Origin: an uncultured Actinomycetales bacterium
Lineage (GTDB): Bacteria > Actinomycetota > Actinomycetes > CAXTBU01
Direction: 5' to 3'
DNA length: 45,708 nt
Assembly: GCA_964242885.1 (NCBI GenBank)
Contig: CAXTBU010000009.1
Location: 5,015-50,722 of the forward strand
Under the pieces are notes generated by a model. The model worked only from the letters and a program-made list of their open reading frames with translations, was not told the DNA's origin and made no database searches. Made by a program: the position numbers and the translations under genes. Shown here piece after piece: positions 32,071 to 42,801 of the stretch. How positions within the stretch are numbered: the stretch's first letter is position 1; every line of letters begins with the position of its first letter.

Positions 32071-33066
32071 TCAGCTGGTCGGCAGCGCGCTCGGCCGGGC
32101 CGCGGAACGACCGGCGGCCCCGAGCGCGGCAGCGTCCAGCCTGGTGACGTCGGCGGCGGCCGGAGCCGTCACCCGGACCGGGGCGCCCCACCCGCTGAAG
32201 GTGGCGGTGAGCCGGACCGACGGGACGCCGCCGGCCAGCGCCGGGGTCGTGGTGGCCAGCTGCAGCGGACGGTCGCTGCCGTCGAGCGTCACGTCCGCGG
32301 ACAGCACGGTCACGCCCTGTGCGGCGAGGGCGTCGACGCCCCGGCGCAGCTGGGTCCGCTGCTCGGCACTCACCGGCAGCCCCGGGGTCGACGCGAGCTC
32401 GGCCACCGCGGCCACCGGCAGGCTCACCCGGTAGGCGTGCCCGGCCGTGCCGGAAACCGTTGCGGCCCCGAGGTCGCGCACCGAGACCGCCCTGGCGACC
32501 ACGGCCGCGAGCTCCCGGGGCTGCGGCAGCGCCGAGGGGCTCGCCGACGGGCTCGCCGGGGGCGTCCCCTTGCGCGCGGCGAGTCCGGCCAGCGTCGCGC
32601 GGTCGATCTCGGCCCAGGTCTTGCCGCGGGTCAGCGGCGCCAGCTCGGGACCGGAGACGTAGAGCGCCCCGTCGACGGCGCGGAACTGGTAGCGCTGCCC
32701 GTCCACGGTCGCCGTGGCCTGCGCGGTCTGCGCCGACGCGTCGCCGGACACCGTCGCCGAGCCGAGCACCGCACCACCGCTGGCAACGGTCAGCGCGGCG
32801 GTGCCGCTGCGGACGTCCGCCAGGGCGGCACCGACCCGCCCGGCCAGCGCCGCCGGGGTCACCGGCGAGGCGGTCGCCGCGGCCGGCTGCGCCTGACCGG
32901 CCGAGCCGCTGGCGGCGGACGGGGTGCTCGCGGAGCGGGCGTCCGACGTGGTCGCCGTCTGACCGCAGCCGGCGACCAGCAGCACGCCCAGCGCGGCGCC
33001 GGGCAGGGCGCGGGCGGCCCAACGGGAACGGGTCGTACGCGTCCGGTACAGGGTGCTGGCGTTCAT
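32071..33066 (-). CDS. Lipoprotein, probably LppX/LprAFG-like
   Basis: Basic N-region, hydrophobic stretch and lipobox VAG-C; GALYV..GKTW..FSGWGAPVRVTAP C-terminal pattern; ATG 33066 with GGAGG RBS. Confidence 0.75.
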   Translation of the reverse strand: MNASTLYRTRTTRSRWAARALPGAALGVLLVAGCGQTATTSDARSASTPSAASGSAGQAQPAAATASPVTPAALAGRVGAALADVRSGTAALTVASGGAVLGSATVSGDASAQTAQATATVDGQRYQFRAVDGALYVSGPELAPLTRGKTWAEIDRATLAGLAARKGTPPASPSASPSALPQPRELAAVVARAVSVRDLGAATVSGTAGHAYRVSLPVAAVAELASTPGLPVSAEQRTQLRRGVDALAAQGVTVLSADVTLDGSDRPLQLATTTPALAGGVPSVRLTATFSGWGAPVRVTAPAAADVTRLDAAALGAAGRSAARPSALPTS

Positions 33067-33127
33067 CGTCGGGCCTCCGCGATCAGAAGCCGACTGGGTC
33101 GCCGGCTCGGATGTCGTCCTGTCAACG

Positions 33128-33180
33128 GAACAGAGAAGCCCGCCGTTCCCCATCCTCTCGCGAGGCGGGGAGCGGCGGGC
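33128..33180 (-). terminator. Intrinsic terminator after rplA
   Basis: GCCCGCCGCUCCCC..GGGGAACGGCGGGC stem followed by UUCUCUGUU. Confidence 0.7.
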
Positions 33181-33199
33181 GGCAGGGTGTGCGCGGCGG

Positions 33200-33907
33200 T
33201 CAGGCCTCGGCCGGCACGACCTTGGTCACTGCCGGGTCGACCTCGATGCCCGGGCCCATCGTCGTGGAGACGGTGGCCTTGCGGACGTAGCGGCCCTTGG
33301 CCGCGGCCGGCTTCAGGCGGAGGACCTCGTCCAGTGCCGCGCCGTAGTTCTCGGCCAGCTGCTGGGTGGTGAACGAGGTCTTGCCCACGATCAGGTGCAG
33401 GTTCGAGTTCTTGTCGACGCGGAACTCCACACGCCCGCCCTTGATCTCGGTGACGGCGCGGACGACGTCGGGGGTGACGGTCCCGGTCTTCGGGTTCGGC
33501 ATCAGGCCGCGGGGCCCGAGGACCCGGCCCAGCCGCCCGACCTTGCCCATCAGGTCCGGGGTGGCGACGACGGCGTCGAAGTCCAGGCGGCCGCCCGCGA
33601 CCTCGGCGATGAGCTCGTCCGAGCCGACGATGTCGGCACCGGCGGCCTTCGCGGCCTCGGCCCGGTCACCGGTGGCGAAGACCAGCACCCGGGCGACCTT
33701 GCCGGTGCCGTGCGGGAGGTTGACCGTCCCGCGGACCATCTGGTCGGCCTTGCGGGGGTCCACGCCCAGGCGCATGGCGACCTCGACGGTGGCGTCGTAC
33801 TTCGTGACCGAGGTGTCGCGGGCCAGGTGCACGGCATCGAACGGGGTGTACAGCCGGTCGGCGTCGATCTTGGCCGCGGCGGCGGTGTAGGCCTTGCTGC
33901 GCTTCAC
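33200..33907 (-). CDS. rplA: 50S ribosomal protein L1
   Basis: [46 protein letters not shown]; GTG 33907. Confidence 0.98.
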   Translation of the reverse strand: MKRSKAYTAAAAKIDADRLYTPFDAVHLARDTSVTKYDATVEVAMRLGVDPRKADQMVRGTVNLPHGTGKVARVLVFATGDRAEAAKAAGADIVGSDELIAEVAGGRLDFDAVVATPDLMGKVGRLGRVLGPRGLMPNPKTGTVTPDVVRAVTEIKGGRVEFRVDKNSNLHLIVGKTSFTTQQLAENYGAALDEVLRLKPAAAKGRYVRKATVSTTMGPGIEVDPAVTKVVPAEA

Positions 33908-33932
33908 GGAGTTGCTCCTCGCAGTGGTGGTG

Positions 33933-33971
33933 AGGTCGTGGTCGGCGGGCTCCGGGAGCCCTCCCACGTCG
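33933..33971 (-). promoter_or_regulatory. Putative L1-binding leader between rplK and rplA
   Basis: GUGGGAGGGCUC-CCG-GAGCCCGCCGACCAC stem with a GGAG-side internal loop just upstream of rplA. Confidence 0.55.
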
Positions 33972-34009
33972 TGCTGGTCAGCCGGCCGGCGGCCGGGCAG
34001 GGCCCGGGG

Positions 34010-34441
34010 TCAACCGGTGATCGTGATGCCCATCGACCGCGCCTGGCCGGCGATGGTCCGCTCGGCGGCGTCGATGTCGCTGACGTTCAGGTCGGGCATC
34101 TTCGTCTGCGCGATCTCGTGGATCTGCGCCTGGGACAGCGTCCCGACCTTGTCCTTGTTCGGAGCGGACGACCCCTTGGCGACACCCGCCGCCTTCTTGA
34201 TCAACTGACCGGTCGGCGGCGTCTTGGTCCGGAACGTGAACGTCCGGTCCTCGAGGATCGTGATCTCGACCGGCACGATGCTGCCCCGCTGGGACTCGGT
34301 CGCGGCGTTGTAGGCCTTGACGAACTCCATGAGGTTGACGCCGTGCGGACCGAGAGCGGTACCCACCGGCGGCGCCGGCGTCGCGGCGCCGGCCTGCAGC
34401 TGCACCTTGACGATGGCAGCGACCTTCTTCTTCGACGGCAT
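34010..34441 (-). CDS. rplK: 50S ribosomal protein L11
   Basis: [30 protein letters not shown]; candidate -10 CACACT at 34523-34528. Confidence 0.99.
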   Translation of the reverse strand: MPSKKKVAAIVKVQLQAGAATPAPPVGTALGPHGVNLMEFVKAYNAATESQRGSIVPVEITILEDRTFTFRTKTPPTGQLIKKAAGVAKGSSAPNKDKVGTLSQAQIHEIAQTKMPDLNVSDIDAAERTIAGQARSMGITITG

Positions 34442-34594
34442 CCGACCGTTCCCCGATCTGTGTGTGCGTGGTCGTGCAGTACGTGTGCTCGAGATGTCGG
34501 CCCGGCGACGGGCCGACCATCCAGTGTGCCAGCCCCAGCCGGGAACCGGCGCCGCCCGGGCGGGGGCGCCGGCGGTCCCGGTGCGGGCCGGGGA

Positions 34595-35602
34595 CTACTC
34601 GAGGCGCTGGATCTGGTCGAAGCTGAGCTCGACCGGGGTCTCCCGGCCGAAGATCTCCACCAGGCCGCGGATGCGCTGGGCGTCGCCGTTGATCTCGCTG
34701 ATCGTCGCGTGCAGGCTCGCGAACGGGCCGTCGACGACCATCACCGAGTCGCCGACGGAGAAGTCGACGACCGACACGGCCAGCTTGGGAGCCCCGCCGG
34801 CGGCCGCCTTCTCCACGGCGGGAGCGAGCATCTTCTCCACCTCGGCGTAGGACAGCGGCAGCGGCTGGTGGCTCTGCCCGACGAAGCCGGTGACCTGCGG
34901 GGTGTTGCGGACCGCGGCCCAGGAGGAGTCGGTCAGCTCCATCCGGACGAGCAGGTAGCCGGGGAGCACGTTGCGCCGGACCTTCTTGCGCTGCCCGTTG
35001 CGGATCTCGTAGACCTCCTCCTCGGGCACCTGCACCTCGAAGATGTAGTCCTCCATGTTCAGGGAGCCGATCCGGTTCTCCAGGTTCGCCCGGACCCGGT
35101 TCTCCATCCCCGAGTAGGTGTGCACCACGTACCAGTCCCCGGGCTTGGCGCGCAGCACCCGGCGGAACTCCTCCAGCGGGTCCTCGTCCGCTCCGGCCGC
35201 CTCCACGGCCTCGGCGACCGAGCCCTCCGCGGGACCGTCGTCGGCCAGCTCGCGGCCGCCGCCCCGGGAGCTGTCGAGGTCCGCCGCATCGCTGCCGGCG
35301 GCGTCGTAGCCGGTGTCGATCGCGTCGGCGGGCACCTCGCCGAGCAGGCCGGTGTCGGCGTCGCCCTCGTTCAGCGCGGTCACCGAGCCGGCCTCGTCCA
35401 CGCTGCTGACCTGCTCCAGGCGGCCGGCGGGAGCCTCCTCGCCCTGGCCGAAGGGGTCGCTGAACGCCTGGTCGTCCGGGATCCCGGAGACCTCGGCGTC
35501 GCGGGACTCCTCGACCTCGGCGCGGAGCTCGTCGTCGCTGAACGGGCTGTCGTTCGCGTCCGGTGCGTCGGGGGGCGTCAGGCGGTCGTCGGGCTGGCTC
35601 AC
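34595..35602 (-). CDS. nusG: Transcription factor NusG with long acidic N-terminal extension
   Basis: [52 protein letters not shown]; GTG 35602 with GAGGA RBS. Confidence 0.95.
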   Translation of the reverse strand: MSQPDDRLTPPDAPDANDSPFSDDELRAEVEESRDAEVSGIPDDQAFSDPFGQGEEAPAGRLEQVSSVDEAGSVTALNEGDADTGLLGEVPADAIDTGYDAAGSDAADLDSSRGGGRELADDGPAEGSVAEAVEAAGADEDPLEEFRRVLRAKPGDWYVVHTYSGMENRVRANLENRIGSLNMEDYIFEVQVPEEEVYEIRNGQRKKVRRNVLPGYLLVRMELTDSSWAAVRNTPQVTGFVGQSHQPLPLSYAEVEKMLAPAVEKAAAGGAPKLAVSVVDFSVGDSVMVVDGPFASLHATISEINGDAQRIRGLVEIFGRETPVELSFDQIQRLE

Positions 35603-35685
35603 GGGTTCCTCACGGGGTCGGGGTCGCCCCCGTGCGGGGGCGCTTGCACCTTCCCGACCTGCGGCCGGGAACGGGGAGAGGTCGC

Positions 35686-35934
35686 TCAGGTGAAGACGCG
35701 CAGTACCAGCGCCCGCAACCCGTAGTCCACCAGCGACACGTACGCGATGACGATCACCACGAACGCGATGACCACCCCGGTGTAGCGGATCAGCTCGTCC
35801 CGCGTCGGGTAGACGACCTTGCGGAGCTCCGCGACGACCTGGCGGTAGAACAGCGCGAGGCGCCGGGCGGGTCCGCGCGGCGCCGGCGAGGCCCCGCCCG
35901 CAACGGCGAGCTCGTCGCCTGCCTGGCTGGTCAC
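35686..35934 (-). CDS. secE: Preprotein translocase subunit SecE
   Basis: [20 protein letters not shown] plus one TM helix; GTG 35934 with GGGAG RBS. Confidence 0.95.
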   Translation of the reverse strand: MTSQAGDELAVAGGASPAPRGPARRLALFYRQVVAELRKVVYPTRDELIRYTGVVIAFVVIVIAYVSLVDYGLRALVLRVFT

Positions 35935-36030
35935 GGTCGGACTCCCTGCTGATCGGTAGGGCTGATCGGTCGGGCTGCCCGATCGGGCCGCTCGGGTCGT
36001 GCGCACGGGTGCGTGCCGAACTGCTCGAGC

Positions 36031-36106
36031 TGGCACGGCAGGAGGGACTTGAACCCCCAACCACCGGTTTTGGAGACCGGGGCTCTACCAATTGAGCTAC
36101 TGCCGT
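36031..36106 (-). tRNA. tRNA-Trp (CCA)
   Basis: 76-nt cloverleaf ACGGCAG..CCGGT-CTCCAAA-ACCGG..GTTCAAGT..CTGCCGT-G-CCA; canonical position upstream of secE. Confidence 0.97.
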
Positions 36107-36209
36107 CTGTCCGGGACCGCTGTTGTGATCCCGGCTGGTTGCGATCCCGCCTGGTTCAGGTTCCGCCCGCCGGCCCGACCGGTCGGGCCGCGTCCCGGCG
36201 AACCGTTGC

Positions 36210-36215
36210 AGTGTA
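36210..36215 (-). promoter_or_regulatory. Putative -10 element (TACACT) for tRNA-Trp-secE-nusG
   Basis: Near-consensus TANNNT in the divergent intergenic region. Confidence 0.55.
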
Positions 36216-36270
36216 CGCACGCGCCGTTCCGGCACCCGGGTCGCGCAGGCCCCGGTGCCAGGATGAGGCC

Positions 36271-37512
36271 ATGACTGCGACAGCTCCGTCCGCGACCCGA
36301 CCGACCGGCCCGCTGACCCGGGTCAGCACCCGCGTGGCGGCGATCGGCGAGTCCGCGACGCTTGCGGTCGACGCCAAGGCCAAGGCCCTCAAGGCCGCGG
36401 GCCGGCCGGTCATCGGCTTCGGCGCCGGCGAGCCGGACTTCCCGACGCCGCCGGAGATCGTCGAGGCCGCGGTCGCCGCCGCGCGCGACCCGCGCAACCA
36501 CCGCTACACCCCGGTCGCGGGGCTGCCGGAGCTGCGCGAGGCGATCGCGGCCAAGACGATGCGCGACTCCGGGTACGCGGTCCGGCCCGACCAGGTGCTG
36601 GTCACCAACGGCGGCAAGCAGGCCGTGTTCGAGGCGTTCGCGACGCTGCTGGACCCGGGCGACGAGGTGATCATGCCGACGCCGTACTGGACCACCTACC
36701 CGGAGTCGATCCGGCTGGCCGGCGGGGTGCCGGTCGAGGTCTTCGCCGGCGTCGAGGAGGGCTACACGGTCACGGTCGACCAGCTCGAGGCCGCGCTGAC
36801 CCCGCGGAGCAAGGTCCTGCTGTTCGTGTCCCCGTCCAACCCGACCGGCGCGGTCTACCCGCGGGAGCAGGTGGTCGAGATCGGCCGCTGGGCCGCCGAC
36901 CGGGGCCTGTTCGTCGTCACCGACGAGATCTACGAGCACCTGGTCTACGACGGCGCCGAGGCGGTCTCGCTGCCGGTCGCGGTGCCGGAGCTGGCCGACC
37001 GGTGCCTGGTGCTCAACGGGGTCGCGAAGACCTACGCGATGACCGGCTGGCGGGTGGGTTGGCTGGTCGGGCCGACCGACCTGGTCAAGGCCGCGACGAA
37101 CCTGCACAGCCACTCCACCGCCAACGTGAACAACGTCGCCCAGCGGGCCGCACTGGCCGCCGTCTCGGGCCCGCTGGACGCCGCCGCGGCGATGCGGACG
37201 GCGTTCGACCGCCGCCGGCACACGATCGTCGACATGCTCGCCGGCATCGACGGGGTCCGCTGCCCGCTGCCGGACGGGGCGTTCTACGCCTACCCCGACG
37301 TCCGCGGGGTGCTCGGCCGGACCATCCGCGGCCGGACGCCCACGACGTCGGCCGAGCTGGCGGCGCTGCTGCTGGAGGAGGTCGAGGTCGCCGCGGTCCC
37401 GGGTGAGGCGTTCGGGCCGTCGGGCTACCTGCGGTTCTCCTACGCCCTGGGTGACGACGACCTGGTCGAGGGCGTGACCCGGGTCCGCGACCTGCTCGCC
37501 GAGGCGGTCTGA
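36271..37512 (+). CDS. PLP-dependent class I/II (aspartate-type) aminotransferase
   Basis: [38 protein letters not shown]; ATG 36271. Confidence 0.93.
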   Translation: MTATAPSATRPTGPLTRVSTRVAAIGESATLAVDAKAKALKAAGRPVIGFGAGEPDFPTPPEIVEAAVAAARDPRNHRYTPVAGLPELREAIAAKTMRDSGYAVRPDQVLVTNGGKQAVFEAFATLLDPGDEVIMPTPYWTTYPESIRLAGGVPVEVFAGVEEGYTVTVDQLEAALTPRSKVLLFVSPSNPTGAVYPREQVVEIGRWAADRGLFVVTDEIYEHLVYDGAEAVSLPVAVPELADRCLVLNGVAKTYAMTGWRVGWLVGPTDLVKAATNLHSHSTANVNNVAQRAALAAVSGPLDAAAAMRTAFDRRRHTIVDMLAGIDGVRCPLPDGAFYAYPDVRGVLGRTIRGRTPTTSAELAALLLEEVEVAAVPGEAFGPSGYLRFSYALGDDDLVEGVTRVRDLLAEAV

Positions 37513-37520
37513 CCCCGGTC

Positions 37521-38627
37521 GTGGCGGGCGGTTCCCCGCCGCGGGCGGGCCGGCCGCCGGCCGCCGGGGCCAGGTCCCTGGCCGGTCTGCCGAAGGCGCA
37601 CCTGCACCTGCACTTCACCGGGTCGATGCGGCACTCGACCCTGGTGCAGCTCGCCGACGCCCACGGGGTGCGGCTGCCGACCTCGCTGGTGGAGGGGTGG
37701 CCGCCGCAGCTGCGGGCCACCGACGAACGCGGGTGGTTCCGGTTCCAGCGGCTCTACGACCTGGCGCGGTCGGTGCTGCAGGCCCCGGCCGACATCGTCC
37801 GGGTGGTGGCCGAGGCCGCCGCCGACGACGCCGCCGAGGGCTCGGGCTGGCTGGAGCTGCAGGTCGACCCGTCGGGCTTCGCCGGCCTGTTCGGCGGGGT
37901 CACCGCGTTCACCGAGCTGGTGCTGGACGCGTGCGAGCGGGCGGCCCGGGACACCGGCGTCGGCATCGGCCTGGTGGTCGCCGCCAACCGGGTCCGCCAC
38001 CCGCTGGACGCGCGGACGCTCGCCCGCCTCGCCGCCCGCTACGTCGACGGGGCCGGGACGGACGGCGCCGGCGTGCGCGTCGTCGGCTTCGGCCTGTCCA
38101 ACGACGAGCGCCGGGGAGTGCCCGAGCAGTTCGCGCCCGCCTTCCGCATCGCCCGGGCGGCGGGCCTGCTGGCGGTGCCGCACGCCGGGGAGCTGCGTGG
38201 GCCGGACTCGGTCGCGGCCAGCCTCGACCTGCTCGGCGCGGACCGGCTCGGCCACGGTGTGCGCGCCGTCGAGGACCTCGCCGTGCTGGAGCGGGTGGCC
38301 GCCGCCGGGGTGACGCTGGAGGTCTGCCCGGCGTCCAACGTGGCGCTCGGGGTGTACCCGGACCGGGCGGCGGTCCCGCTGCGGACACTGCTCGCGGCAG
38401 GGGCGCGGGTCGCGCTCGGCGCCGACGACCCGCTGCTGTTCGGCTCCCGGCTGGTCGCGCAGTACACCGACGCCCGCCTGGTCGACGGGCTGTCCGACGC
38501 CGAGCTGGCCGAGCTGGCGCGCGGCTCGGTCGACGGGTCCGCCGCGCCGACGGACGTGCGCGCCCGGCTGCTGGCCGGGATCGACGCGTGGCTGGCCGCT
38601 CCCCCGCCAGCCGCGACCCCGGACTGA
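37521..38627 (+). CDS. add: Adenosine/adenine deaminase family protein
   Basis: LPKAHLHLHFTGS, PHAGE, RLGHGV, EVCPASN, GADDP; start codon uncertain. Confidence 0.9.
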   Translation: MAGGSPPRAGRPPAAGARSLAGLPKAHLHLHFTGSMRHSTLVQLADAHGVRLPTSLVEGWPPQLRATDERGWFRFQRLYDLARSVLQAPADIVRVVAEAAADDAAEGSGWLELQVDPSGFAGLFGGVTAFTELVLDACERAARDTGVGIGLVVAANRVRHPLDARTLARLAARYVDGAGTDGAGVRVVGFGLSNDERRGVPEQFAPAFRIARAAGLLAVPHAGELRGPDSVAASLDLLGADRLGHGVRAVEDLAVLERVAAAGVTLEVCPASNVALGVYPDRAAVPLRTLLAAGARVALGADDPLLFGSRLVAQYTDARLVDGLSDAELAELARGSVDGSAAPTDVRARLLAGIDAWLAAPPPAATPD

Positions 38628-38649
38628 GCCGGCGCCGCGACCGGGCCGG

Positions 38650-38700
38650 CGTCAGGAAGGCGTCCGGATCGGGGCCGTGGCCGTCAGGAACCCGTCAAGA
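38650..38700 (+). promoter_or_regulatory. Direct-repeat operator upstream of the kdp operon (probable KdpE sites)
   Basis: CGTCAGGA(38650)/CGTCCGGA(38661) and CGTCAGGA(38682)/CGTCAAGA(38693), each pair 11 bp apart. Confidence 0.6.
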
Positions 38701-38814
38701 CGGCGGGACGACGGCGCACGCCGGCCGAGCGTGGGGTCTGCCGACCCGGTTGGGTCGACCGGGTCGACGGGCGGTGGGCCGCCGGCGCCCGTCGCACGTC
38801 GCTGGAGTGTCGCC

Positions 38815-38898
38815 GTGGCCGACCTGGCCTTCCTCGCCCTGACCCTCGCGGTCTTCGCCCTCCTCGCCCTGGTCGTCCGGGCGCTGGAGAAGCTGTGA
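38815..38898 (+). CDS. 27-aa hydrophobic peptide upstream of kdpF
   Basis: GGAG RBS, GTG start, [27 protein letters not shown], stop overlaps the kdpF start (GTGA). Confidence 0.75.
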   Translation: MADLAFLALTLAVFALLALVVRALEKL

Positions 38899-38984
38899 GC
38901 GCCGCGGACGCCGTCGCCCTGGCAGTGGCCGTGGTCGTGGCCGGCCTGATGCTCGCCGCGCTGCTGTTCCCGGAGAGGTTCTGA
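38895..38984 (+). CDS. kdpF: K+-transporting ATPase subunit F
   Basis: [29 protein letters not shown], 29 aa ending PERF; stop overlaps the kdpA ATG. Confidence 0.9.
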   Translation: MSAADAVALAVAVVVAGLMLAALLFPERF

Positions 38985-40645
38985 TGCCGGACTGGTTGGC
39001 CGGGCTGACGCAGGCCGTCGTCCTCGTCGCGGCCCTCGCCCTCTGCTGGAAGCCCGTCGGGGACTCCATGGCCCGCGTCTACACCTCCGAGCGCGACTCG
39101 CGGGTCGAGCGCGGGCTCTACCGGGTGATGGGCGTGGACCCGGCCGCGGACCAGCGGTGGCCGACGTACCTGCGCAGCGTGCTGGCCCTCTCCGCGGTCG
39201 GTGTGCTGGTCCTCTACGGGATCCAGCGGCTCCAGTCGCACCTGGTGCTGGCCGGCGGGTTCGACGACGTCGTGCCGTCGGTGGCGTGGAACACGGCCGC
39301 CTCCTTCGTCACCAACACGAACTGGCAGTCCTACTCCGGTGAGGCGACCATGAGCGTCCTCACCCAGATGGCCGGCCTGACCGTGCAGAACTTCGTCTCC
39401 GCCGCCGTCGGCATGTCCGTGGCCGTCGCGCTGATCCGCGGCTTCGTCCGCGCGCGCACCGACCGCCTGGGCAACTTCTGGGTGGACCTCACGCGCAGCG
39501 TCCTGCGGATCCTGCTGCCGCTCGCGCTGGTCTCCGCGGTCGCCCTGCTGCTGATGGGAGTCGTGCAGAACTTCGACGCGTTCACCGACGTGGCCACGCT
39601 GACCGGCGGGCAGCAGTCGCTTCCCGGCGGCGCGATCGCCAGCCAGGAGGCCATCAAGGAGCTCGGCACCAACGGCGGCGGCCCGTTCAACGCCAACTCC
39701 GCGCACCCGTTCGAGAACCCGACCCCGCTGACCAACCTGCTGCAGGTCTTCCTGCTGCTGGTGATCCCGGTCGGCCTTACCCGGACCTTCGGCACGCTGG
39801 TCGGCGACCGCCGCCAGGGCGTCGCGATCCTCGCCACGATGACCACCCTGTGGGTCGCCCTGACCGGCCTGCTGACCTGGGCCGAGAGCAGTGCGCGCGG
39901 GGCGGTCCCGCAGGCGGTCGGTGCGGCGCTGGAGGGCAAGGAGCTCCGGTTCGGGATCCCCGGCAGCACCCTGTTCGCGTCCTCGACGACGCTGACCTCG
40001 ACCGGGGCCGTGAACAGCTTCCACGACAGCTACACCGCGCTCGGCGGTGGCGTCACGGTGTTCAACATGCTCACCGGCGAGATCGCGCCCGGCGGCGTCG
40101 GGTCGGGGCTCTACGGGATCCTGGTGCTCTCGATCGTCGCGGTGTTCGTCGCCGGCCTGATGGTCGGGCGGACACCGGAGTACCTGGGGAAGAAGCTCGC
40201 CCCCCGCGAGATCAAGCTCGCCAGCCTCTACATCCTGACGACGCCGTTCTTCGTGCTCGCCGGGGCCGCCACCACGATCGCGCAGCAGGGCAGGCTGTCG
40301 GCGCTGCTCAACGACGGCCCGCACGGGTTGTCGGAGATCCTCTACGCCTACGCCTCGGCCGGCAACAACAACGGGTCCGCCTTCGCCGGGCTGACCGTGA
40401 CCACCGACTGGTACCAGGTCACCCTCGGTCTCAGCATGCTGCTGGCCCGGTTCCTGCCCATCGTGCTGGTGCTGACCCTCGCCGGCTCGCTGGCCCGGCA
40501 GCGGGTCGTCCCCACCAGCTCGGGGACGCTGCCCACCTCCGGGCCGCTGTTCGTCGGCCTGCTGCTCGGGGTCGTCGTCGTCCTGGTCGCCCTGACCTAC
40601 GTCCCCGCCCTGTTCCTCGGTCCGCTCGCGGAAGGTCTGTCATGA
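38984..40645 (+). CDS. kdpA: K+-transporting ATPase subunit A
   Basis: [33 protein letters not shown] filter motifs. Confidence 0.98.
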   Translation: MPDWLAGLTQAVVLVAALALCWKPVGDSMARVYTSERDSRVERGLYRVMGVDPAADQRWPTYLRSVLALSAVGVLVLYGIQRLQSHLVLAGGFDDVVPSVAWNTAASFVTNTNWQSYSGEATMSVLTQMAGLTVQNFVSAAVGMSVAVALIRGFVRARTDRLGNFWVDLTRSVLRILLPLALVSAVALLLMGVVQNFDAFTDVATLTGGQQSLPGGAIASQEAIKELGTNGGGPFNANSAHPFENPTPLTNLLQVFLLLVIPVGLTRTFGTLVGDRRQGVAILATMTTLWVALTGLLTWAESSARGAVPQAVGAALEGKELRFGIPGSTLFASSTTLTSTGAVNSFHDSYTALGGGVTVFNMLTGEIAPGGVGSGLYGILVLSIVAVFVAGLMVGRTPEYLGKKLAPREIKLASLYILTTPFFVLAGAATTIAQQGRLSALLNDGPHGLSEILYAYASAGNNNGSAFAGLTVTTDWYQVTLGLSMLLARFLPIVLVLTLAGSLARQRVVPTSSGTLPTSGPLFVGLLLGVVVVLVALTYVPALFLGPLAEGLS

Positions 40646-42801
40646 GCACGTCCACCCTCCCGGCACCGTCCGGGAGCACCGCTCCGGACTCCCCGCCGCC
40701 GCCCGAACCGCACCGCGTCGGCGGCGGGCTGCTCGACCCGGCTCAGCTGGTCCGCTCGCTGCCGACCGCGCTGCGCAAGCTCGACCCGCGCACGATGATC
40801 CACAACCCCGTCATGGCGATCGTCGAGATCGGTGCTCTCTACACGACCGTCTACGCGGTCATCGACCCGTCGGTGTTCACCGTGCTCATCGCCGGCTGGC
40901 TCTGGCTCACGGTGGTGTTCGCCAACCTCGCCGAGGCGGTCGCGGAAGGCCGCGGCAGGGCCCAGGCGCAGGCCCTGCGCCGGACCCGGACCGAGACCGT
41001 CGCGCGCCGGCTCGACGGGTGGTCGCCCGGTACCGCTCCCGCCGCAGCGCGAGAGAGCGGTGTTGCCGCGAACGACCTGGCGGTCGGCGACGTCGTCGTC
41101 GTCGAGGCCGGCCAGACCATCCCCGGGGACGGGGACGTCGTGGAGGGGGTGGCCAGTGTCGACGAGTCCGCCATCACCGGGGAGTCGGCGCCGGTCATCC
41201 GGGAGTCCGGCGGGGACCGCAGTTCGGTCACCGGCGGCACCCGGGTGCTCTCGGACAGGATCGTCGTGCGGATCACCAGCAGACCCGGGGAGACCTTCGT
41301 CGACCGGATGATCGCCCTCGTCGAGGGCGCGACCCGGCAGAAGACGCCCAACGAGATCGCGCTGAACATCCTGCTGGCCAGCCTGACGCTCGTGTTCGTG
41401 CTCGCGGTGGTCACCCTGCAGCCGTTCGCCGTCTACTCCGGCGCGCGCCAGAGCATCCCGGTGCTCATCGCGCTGCTGGTGTGCCTCATCCCGACCACCA
41501 TCGGAGCGCTGCTCTCTGCGATCGGGATCGCCGGGATGGACAGGCTCGTGCAGCGCAACGTGCTCGCCATGTCCGGCCGCGCCGTCGAGGCCGCGGGCGA
41601 CGTGGACACGCTGCTGCTGGACAAGACCGGCACCATCACGTTCGGGAACCGGCGGGCGACTGCCCTCACCGCGGTCGGCACCATCGACACCGCCGAGCTC
41701 GCCCGGGCCGCGCAGCTGTCCAGCCTGGCCGACGAGACGCCGGAGGGCCGGTCGGTCGTCGACCTGACCACCGGGACCTACGGCCAGCCGCCCGTGTCCG
41801 CCCGGGAGCTGCGCGCGGCCGCGGTGGTCCCGTTCACCGCCCAGACCCGGATGAGCGGTGTCGACCACGACGTCGCCGGCACCCGGACCGCGATCCGCAA
41901 GGGTGCTGCCGGCTCGGTCGCCGCATGGGTGCAGGCCCATGGCGGCACCGTGCCGGTCGAGGTCGGTGACCTGGTCGACCGGGTGTCGGCCGCCGGCGGG
42001 ACACCGCTGGTCGTCGCCGACGGCGAGCTGCTGCCCGGAACCGAGGAGCCCGTGCGGGCTCGGGTGCTCGGTGTCATCGAGCTCAAGGACGTGGTCAAGC
42101 CCGGGATGCGGCAGCGGTTCGACGAGCTGCGGGCGATGGGCATCCGCACCGTGATGGTCACCGGGGACAACCCGCGGACGGCCGCGGCGATCGCCGCCGA
42201 GGCCGGCGTCGACGACCACCTGGCCGAGGCGACGCCGGAGGACAAGATCGCGCTGATCCGCCGGGAGCAGGAGGGCGGGCGCCTGGTCGCGATGACCGGC
42301 GACGGCACCAACGACGCACCCGCCCTCGCCCAGGCCGACGTCGGGGTGGCCATGAACACCGGGACGTCGGCCGCCAAGGAGGCCGGCAACATGGTCGACC
42401 TGGACTCGGACCCGACCAAGCTCATCGAGATCGTCGAGATCGGCAAGCAGCTGCTCATCACCCGCGGCTCACTCACCACGTTCTCCATCGCCAACGACGT
42501 CGCGAAGTACTTCGCGATCCTGCCGGCGATGTTCGCCGCCACCTTCCCCGGGCTGGACGTCCTGAACGTGATGCGGCTGTCCACGCCGAACTCCGCGATC
42601 CTGTCGGCGGTGGTCTTCAACGCCCTCGTCATCGTCGCGCTGATCCCGCTGGCGCTGCGCGGCGTCCGGTACCGCCCGGCGTCGGCCGGCCGGCTGCTCC
42701 GCCGCAACCTCGCGATCTACGGGCTCGGCGGCCTCGTGCTGCCCTTCGTCGGGATCAAGATCATCGACCTGCTCGTCAGCCTCCTCCCCGGGATCGGATG
42801 A
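40642..42801 (+). CDS. kdpB: K+-transporting ATPase subunit B (P-type)
   Basis: [33 protein letters not shown]; ATG 40642 overlaps the kdpA stop. Confidence 0.98.
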   Translation: MSTSTLPAPSGSTAPDSPPPPEPHRVGGGLLDPAQLVRSLPTALRKLDPRTMIHNPVMAIVEIGALYTTVYAVIDPSVFTVLIAGWLWLTVVFANLAEAVAEGRGRAQAQALRRTRTETVARRLDGWSPGTAPAAARESGVAANDLAVGDVVVVEAGQTIPGDGDVVEGVASVDESAITGESAPVIRESGGDRSSVTGGTRVLSDRIVVRITSRPGETFVDRMIALVEGATRQKTPNEIALNILLASLTLVFVLAVVTLQPFAVYSGARQSIPVLIALLVCLIPTTIGALLSAIGIAGMDRLVQRNVLAMSGRAVEAAGDVDTLLLDKTGTITFGNRRATALTAVGTIDTAELARAAQLSSLADETPEGRSVVDLTTGTYGQPPVSARELRAAAVVPFTAQTRMSGVDHDVAGTRTAIRKGAAGSVAAWVQAHGGTVPVEVGDLVDRVSAAGGTPLVVADGELLPGTEEPVRARVLGVIELKDVVKPGMRQRFDELRAMGIRTVMVTGDNPRTAAAIAAEAGVDDHLAEATPEDKIALIRREQEGGRLVAMTGDGTNDAPALAQADVGVAMNTGTSAAKEAGNMVDLDSDPTKLIEIVEIGKQLLITRGSLTTFSIANDVAKYFAILPAMFAATFPGLDVLNVMRLSTPNSAILSAVVFNALVIVALIPLALRGVRYRPASAGRLLRRNLAIYGLGGLVLPFVGIKIIDLLVSLLPGIG

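Noticed and set aside
32071-33066. Lipoprotein between rplA and rplJ as a novel insertion
   Set aside because: Similar lipoprotein genes occupy this position in Streptomyces, so it is not unusual.
36031-36106. tRNA-Trp as an integration site
   Set aside because: No integrase gene and no duplicated tRNA 3' end seen in the window.
34595-36235. 546-aa ORF suggesting a giant NusG
   Set aside because: The upstream part runs through secE and tRNA-Trp; the supported start is GTG 35602.
39850-40641. Apparent N-terminal extension of KdpB (983-aa ORF)
   Set aside because: Overlaps kdpA in another frame; the coupled ATG at 40642 is the plausible start.
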